Assembly: GCA_026395215.1 (NCBI GenBank)
Contig: JAPLZC010000005.1
Span: 8,392-72,391, forward strand
DNA length: 64,000 bases
DNA from: Candidatus Staskawiczbacteria bacterium
GTDB taxonomy: Bacteria > Patescibacteriota > Minisyncoccia > Minisyncoccales > Staskawiczbacteraceae
Reading direction: 5' to 3'
The position numbers and the translations under genes were made by a program. A model generated the notes under the pieces. The model did no database searches. It saw nothing but the letters and a program-made list of their open reading frames with translations, and was not told the DNA's origin. Of the stretch, positions 60,339 to 64,000 are shown in pieces (positions within the stretch are counted from its first letter, which is position 1; each line of letters starts with the position of its first letter).

Positions 60339-61139
60339 TTATACAGCTTCTGAGGAAAAGCGCGAGATAGCGCCGGTTTTTAGGTTTTTTTTGTAAACTC
60401 CCAAAAAGAAAAGATAAGTTATAAAAAGATAAATTATTGCCAAAATAAATCCATATAAAAGGTTAGCGCCAACGTTAAAGTTGCCAGATAAAATCATTCT
60501 TATAGAATCAAAAACATAAGTTGGTGGCAACATCCATGAAACAACTTGTAGATAACTTGGCAACATAGAAACGGGATAAAAAACTCCAACAAAAATAGAC
60601 ATTAAAGCCGGAATTGGCCAACCAAGCCATTCTGCCATGGGACCCAATTTAAAAACAATAGCAGTAATAAAGATTCCCATTGCCACTCCAAAAATAAAAA
60701 GTACTAACAAAAAAGGTAAAATATATAACCCAATAATAAAAAAACTATATCCAAAAATTAAGCCTGCAACTAATACCATAATAATTATGCCTGTAACGCT
60801 TATGGCCAAGCTTGTCAAAATAAGGCCCAATAAATATTCTTTAACTTTTAATGGGGAGGCAAAAAAATTAATAAAATTACTTGTCCATATATCTTCTAAA
60901 AAAGAAACCATTATGCCAGTTTGTATTCTACCCATAAACTGCCACAAAATTATAGCTCCCAATATAAAAGTAGTAAAACTAAATACAGCTCCGCCAAAAT
61001 GTCCTAAATATTTTGTGATAAATCCCCACTGAAAAATTTCAATTATTTGCCACATAAAAAGGCTTAACAATCTTATGGGATTAGATTTTACTAAATACAG
61101 TTGTCTTAAAAATATTGCGTAAATTCTGCTAAATTTCAT
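60339..61139 (-). CDS. ABC-2 type transporter permease
   Basis: 266 aa with 6 TM. Overlaps the upstream ATPase gene by 11 nt. Confidence 0.8.
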   Translation of the reverse strand: MKFSRIYAIFLRQLYLVKSNPIRLLSLFMWQIIEIFQWGFITKYLGHFGGAVFSFTTFILGAIILWQFMGRIQTGIMVSFLEDIWTSNFINFFASPLKVKEYLLGLILTSLAISVTGIIIMVLVAGLIFGYSFFIIGLYILPFLLVLFIFGVAMGIFITAIVFKLGPMAEWLGWPIPALMSIFVGVFYPVSMLPSYLQVVSWMLPPTYVFDSIRMILSGNFNVGANLLYGFILAIIYLFITYLFFLGVYKKNLKTGAISRFSSEAV

Positions 61140-61872
61140 TGTTTAAAGATAATGGCTCTCTGGCCACAGTTATAAATAATTCTTCTAAATCTTTTTTGCC
61201 GTATTCTTTGGCTAAGGTTTTTGGATTACCTTGCAAAATTATTTTTCCGTGTACCAAAAACATAACCCTATCACATACTTCTTCTATCTCTTTCATGTTG
61301 TGCGAAGTCCAAAGTACAGAAGATTTTGTTGTATTAACATAATTTTTAATTTTATCTCTTATATGTTTTGAAACGCTAGGATCCAAAGAAGCCGTTGGTT
61401 CATCCAATAAAACGAGCTTTGGTTTGTTTATTAAGGCTTTTGCTAGGTTGACCCTGCTTAGTTCTCCAGAGGACAGAGAACCTGTTTTATGATTTTTAAA
61501 TTTTTCTAAATCAAATTCTTTTAAAAGTTCCTTGACTCTGTTATTTAAGTCTTTTACTCCATACAAGTGCCCAAAAACTTTTAAATTATGTTCAACTTTC
61601 AGGTTAGCGGGGAGGTGGGCATAGACTGCTGCAAAATTGGCTTGTTCTAATATTTCTGTTTTATGATATTTTAAGTCTTTGCCAAAAATATTTATTTGCC
61701 CAGAAGTTGGTTCTAACACTCCAAGTATCATATTTATAGTAGTTGTTTTGCCCGCGCCATTTGGACCCAAAAGCCCCACAATCTCTCCTTCTTGTATTTC
61801 AAAAGAAATATTGTCTACAGCAACAAATTTATCATACTTTTTTACCAAATTTTTTACTTCAATTACCGCCAT
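61129..61872 (-). CDS. ABC transporter ATP-binding protein
   Basis: Walker A GPNGAGKTT, signature LSSGE, Walker B LVLLDEPT. Confidence 0.95.
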   Translation of the reverse strand: MAVIEVKNLVKKYDKFVAVDNISFEIQEGEIVGLLGPNGAGKTTTINMILGVLEPTSGQINIFGKDLKYHKTEILEQANFAAVYAHLPANLKVEHNLKVFGHLYGVKDLNNRVKELLKEFDLEKFKNHKTGSLSSGELSRVNLAKALINKPKLVLLDEPTASLDPSVSKHIRDKIKNYVNTTKSSVLWTSHNMKEIEEVCDRVMFLVHGKIILQGNPKTLAKEYGKKDLEELFITVAREPLSLNNEI

Positions 61873-61873
61873 T

Positions 61874-62143
61874 TTATTTTGAACTGATTTTAAATTTCAT
61901 TGCTAGGTATGTTCCTGTAGCAACTCCCAAACAATATATAATAATTGCCGGAATTCCGTTTGCTGGATCTAGTTGTGTGACAATATTATAAAGCGCCAAC
62001 ATGCTTACTACCACAGTCAAAAAAGAAGTAAACACGGACAAAAATATTTTGTCCTTTGAAACATACCTAAGATTTATAGTAAACAAAAAATCCTGCAAAA
62101 CCCCCGCAAAAAAATAAACCACAAAAAGTAAAATAATATTCAT
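61874..62143 (-). CDS. Small membrane protein (DUF5698/UPF0316 N-terminal-like)
   Basis: 89 aa with 3 TM. The family call is tentative. Confidence 0.4.
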   Translation of the reverse strand: MNIILLFVVYFFAGVLQDFLFTINLRYVSKDKIFLSVFTSFLTVVVSMLALYNIVTQLDPANGIPAIIIYCLGVATGTYLAMKFKISSK

Positions 62144-62157
62144 AAATTTTTGTTTTG

Positions 62158-62228
62158 TGGACTTAGCGAGAGTCGAACTCGCGTCTCCGCAATGCGAATG
62201 CGGCGTACTACCACTGTACTATAAGCCC
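62158..62228 (-). tRNA. tRNA-Ala (anticodon CGC)
   Basis: Acceptor GGGCTTA/TAAGTCC with G3:U70, anticodon arm CCGCA-TTCGCAT-TGCGG, T-arm GCGAG-TTCGACT-CTCGC. Confidence 0.85.
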
Positions 62229-62256
62229 GAAGCCCTGTGTTTATCACGGGGCAAAA

Positions 62257-62700
62257 CTATTTTTTGAACATGAAGAAAATTTTCATAATACGCGTGGCTA
62301 CAAAAACTCCAAGCACCTGCAATGTTACAAAAGCAGCATCTGCCACAGTACTTATCTCATTTCCCTCCTTTGAGTGGTCAAAGTAACCATTGCTGAAAAA
62401 ACTGACCATATATAAAATAGTTGTTAAAACTACCCAAGCATATACAAAATACTCTCCATTTTTATTTTCATTTTTCTGTCCAAGCCATCTGAGAAATTCT
62501 TTATGAAAAGAGTATATAAGAACAACTGCCAAATAGAAAAACCCAATTCGTGTTGGTAAAAATCCACCCCTAGCGAAAAAGTTTGCAACCATTAATGTCA
62601 TAGTCGCCAAAGTAACAATTGCACACAAAATAAAAAGATTTTCATTAATAGCCTTTTCAATTTTTCTGGCCTCTTTTATTTTATTATTGTCGGTATCCAT
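62257..62700 (-). CDS. Integral membrane protein, unknown function
   Basis: ATG 62700 (MDTDNNKIKEARK..). The longer track ORF reads through the repeat and tRNA-Pro. Confidence 0.5.
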   Translation of the reverse strand: MDTDNNKIKEARKIEKAINENLFILCAIVTLATMTLMVANFFARGGFLPTRIGFFYLAVVLIYSFHKEFLRWLGQKNENKNGEYFVYAWVVLTTILYMVSFFSNGYFDHSKEGNEISTVADAAFVTLQVLGVFVATRIMKIFFMFKK

Positions 62701-62743
62701 TTTTTTATTTTTAATATTTTTACTTGTCGGGGCGCCGAGATTT

Positions 62744-62777
62744 GTGTCCCTACGGGACATCTCCCGAAGGGAGACAC
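62744..62777 (-). repeat. Twin-hairpin GC-rich motif, copy 2
   Basis: Minus strand reads GTGTCTCCCTTCGGGAGATGTCCCGTAGGGACAC, in the tRNA-Pro trailer. Confidence 0.7.
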
Positions 62778-62798
62778 TCAACGCTCTTAACAACTCTG

Positions 62799-62869
62799 TC
62801 GGGCTATTGGGATTTGAACCCAAGCTAAATCGTCCCGAACGACTCGTGCTACCACTACACTATAGCCCG
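62799..62869 (-). tRNA. tRNA-Pro (anticodon CGG)
   Basis: Acceptor CGGGCTA/TAGCCCG, anticodon arm AGTCG-TTCGGGA-CGATT, T-arm TTGGG-TTCAAAT-CCCAA. Confidence 0.8.
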
Positions 62870-62874
62870 TCTTC

Positions 62875-64000
62875 CTATTTTACCCAATATTTTTGTTTAA
62901 CAACTTGGTCTTCTTGGCTTTGCATTTCTGATTTGTCTTCTTTAGATTTTTCTGACAAGGCCTGCAATTCTTTGTCCGGTAATTTACCCAATTTCTTAGC
63001 CTCTTTTCCCAAAAATTCTTTTGTATTTTTCTTTGGGTCATCTAAAACCACTCCTAAAAGCGCATCCAAAATTTGCCCAATTTTTGGGCCGGGTTTTATA
63101 GATAGAGTTTGCATTAAATCATTCCCATTTATTTTTAACATCTTAACAGAAATTGGGTCTTTGGAAACTTTATCAACCAAATACTTAAAGTGTCGCAATT
63201 TATATGGCTCGGCTTTTGGTACGCCACTTCCAATTCTATCAGCCATTCTTACCTGCAAAAGTTCTTCTATACTTTCAGGACCAACATTTTTAATAAGACG
63301 TCTTACAGAAGACTCTTTTACCTCATCAACATTATAATAAAACTGATGATACCTTACTAACTTAGTAATTTTTTCAATTTCATTATTAGAAAATTTTAGA
63401 CGATTTAAAATTTGGAAAACCATTTTGGCTCCAATCATTTCGTGGTTATAAAAAGTTGCCTCATTTCCTGCGCCAACTTTTGACTTAGCCTTTCCAACAT
63501 CGTGGAGTAGGGAAGCGACTCTAACATACATATTAAATTTTTTCTTCGCTGCGTATTCCAATGACTTCACGTTGTGCCAATAACAGTCATATATATGATG
63601 CTTGTTTTGTGCTACTCCATAATTTTCCACCAATTCTGGTAAAATATATTTTAACAGTCCCAGCTCGCGCAACAACTCAATACCGTCTGCAGCCTTATCT
63701 GCCATAATTATTTTTACAAATTCATCTCTTATTCTTTCTTTAGAAATTGCTTCCAACCAAATACTATTTTTCTTAATTGCTTCCGCTGTTTTTTCTTCAA
63801 TGTCAAAACCCAAGGTTGTTGCAAACCTCACCGCTCTTAACATTCTAAGCGCATCTTCATTAAATCTTTCCTCGGGGTTTCCAACTGTTCTAATTATTTT
63901 CTTATCTAAATCTTTCTGCCCATCATATAAATCAATTACTTCTTTTTTGGCCTGCCCTGAGCGAAGTCGAAGGGCCATAGCATTTACAGTAAAATCCCTA
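62875..64000 (-). CDS. cca: CCA-adding enzyme / poly(A) polymerase-family tRNA nucleotidyltransferase with HD domain; 5' end outside the window
   Basis: RDFTVNAMA motif at the window edge, ERIRDEF, and HD domain LLHDVGK. In-frame GC-rich insert LRLRSGQA at 63955-63974. Confidence 0.85.
   Translation of the reverse strand, partial: RDFTVNAMALRLRSGQAKKEVIDLYDGQKDLDKKIIRTVGNPEERFNEDALRMLRAVRFATTLGFDIEEKTAEAIKKNSIWLEAISKERIRDEFVKIIMADKAADGIELLRELGLLKYILPELVENYGVAQNKHHIYDCYWHNVKSLEYAAKKKFNMYVRVASLLHDVGKAKSKVGAGNEATFYNHEMIGAKMVFQILNRLKFSNNEIEKITKLVRYHQFYYNVDEVKESSVRRLIKNVGPESIEELLQVRMADRIGSGVPKAEPYKLRHFKYLVDKVSKDPISVKMLKINGNDLMQTLSIKPGPKIGQILDALLGVVLDDPKKNTKEFLGKEAKKLGKLPDKELQALSEKSKEDKSEMQSQEDQVVKQKYWVK

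Noticed and set aside
62687-63337. Plus-strand 216-aa ORF and similar antisense ORFs within tig (25222-25743), infB, rny, hppA and the helicase gene
   Set aside because: They are antisense shadows of well-supported genes, with low-complexity S/F/L-rich translations.

Overview
Visibly AT-rich, gene-dense segment with most genes on the minus strand. It looks like a Candidate Phyla Radiation / Patescibacteria-type bacterium. That placement is an inference from the short IF-2, short pyruvate kinase, DUF5671/DUF4446-type proteins and sparse metabolism; no database search or GC computation was run. The backbone includes rbfA-infB, dus, truB, rny, clpP, tig, nusA, a membrane pyrophosphatase, pyk, dprA, comM/yifB, yraN, cca, an ABC-2 transporter and 11 tRNAs read by eye. 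I saw no rRNA, CRISPR array, integrase or transposase. Five accessory layers stand out. (1) A defence-like island at about 28.9-41.2 kb. Its core is a translationally coupled operon headed by a 1342-aa T5orf172/GIY-YIG-like + SF2 helicase + N6-adenine methyltransferase fusion (Type ISP-like order). It is followed by a methyltransferase-fold-like protein without NPPY, two NucS-type PD-(D/E)XK paralogs, an HNH protein and a zinc-ribbon protein. (2) Several visibly GC-rich gene islands (7.6-9.3, 26.4-27.1, 41.2-41.8, 43.3-49.6 and 53.3-53.8 kb). Each ORF is individually bracketed by AT-rich, near-identical promoter/leader and terminator modules, which gives a cassette-like layout. (3) Families of GC-rich hairpin repeats built around tandem G.A mismatches (AGCGAGG...CCGAGCG). 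Two copies show compensatory substitutions. Several copies or mini-versions sit in frame inside housekeeping genes (truB, tig, cca, yraN, dprA). (4) A local array of the 14-bp palindrome ACCGCTTAAGCGGT lies around and inside an HTH gene and next to comM and dprA. (5) Two HicAB modules are present, one between tig and clpP and one flanked by identical 37-nt repeats. All coordinates for tRNAs, promoters, terminators and repeats were derived by manual reading and should be checked with tools.
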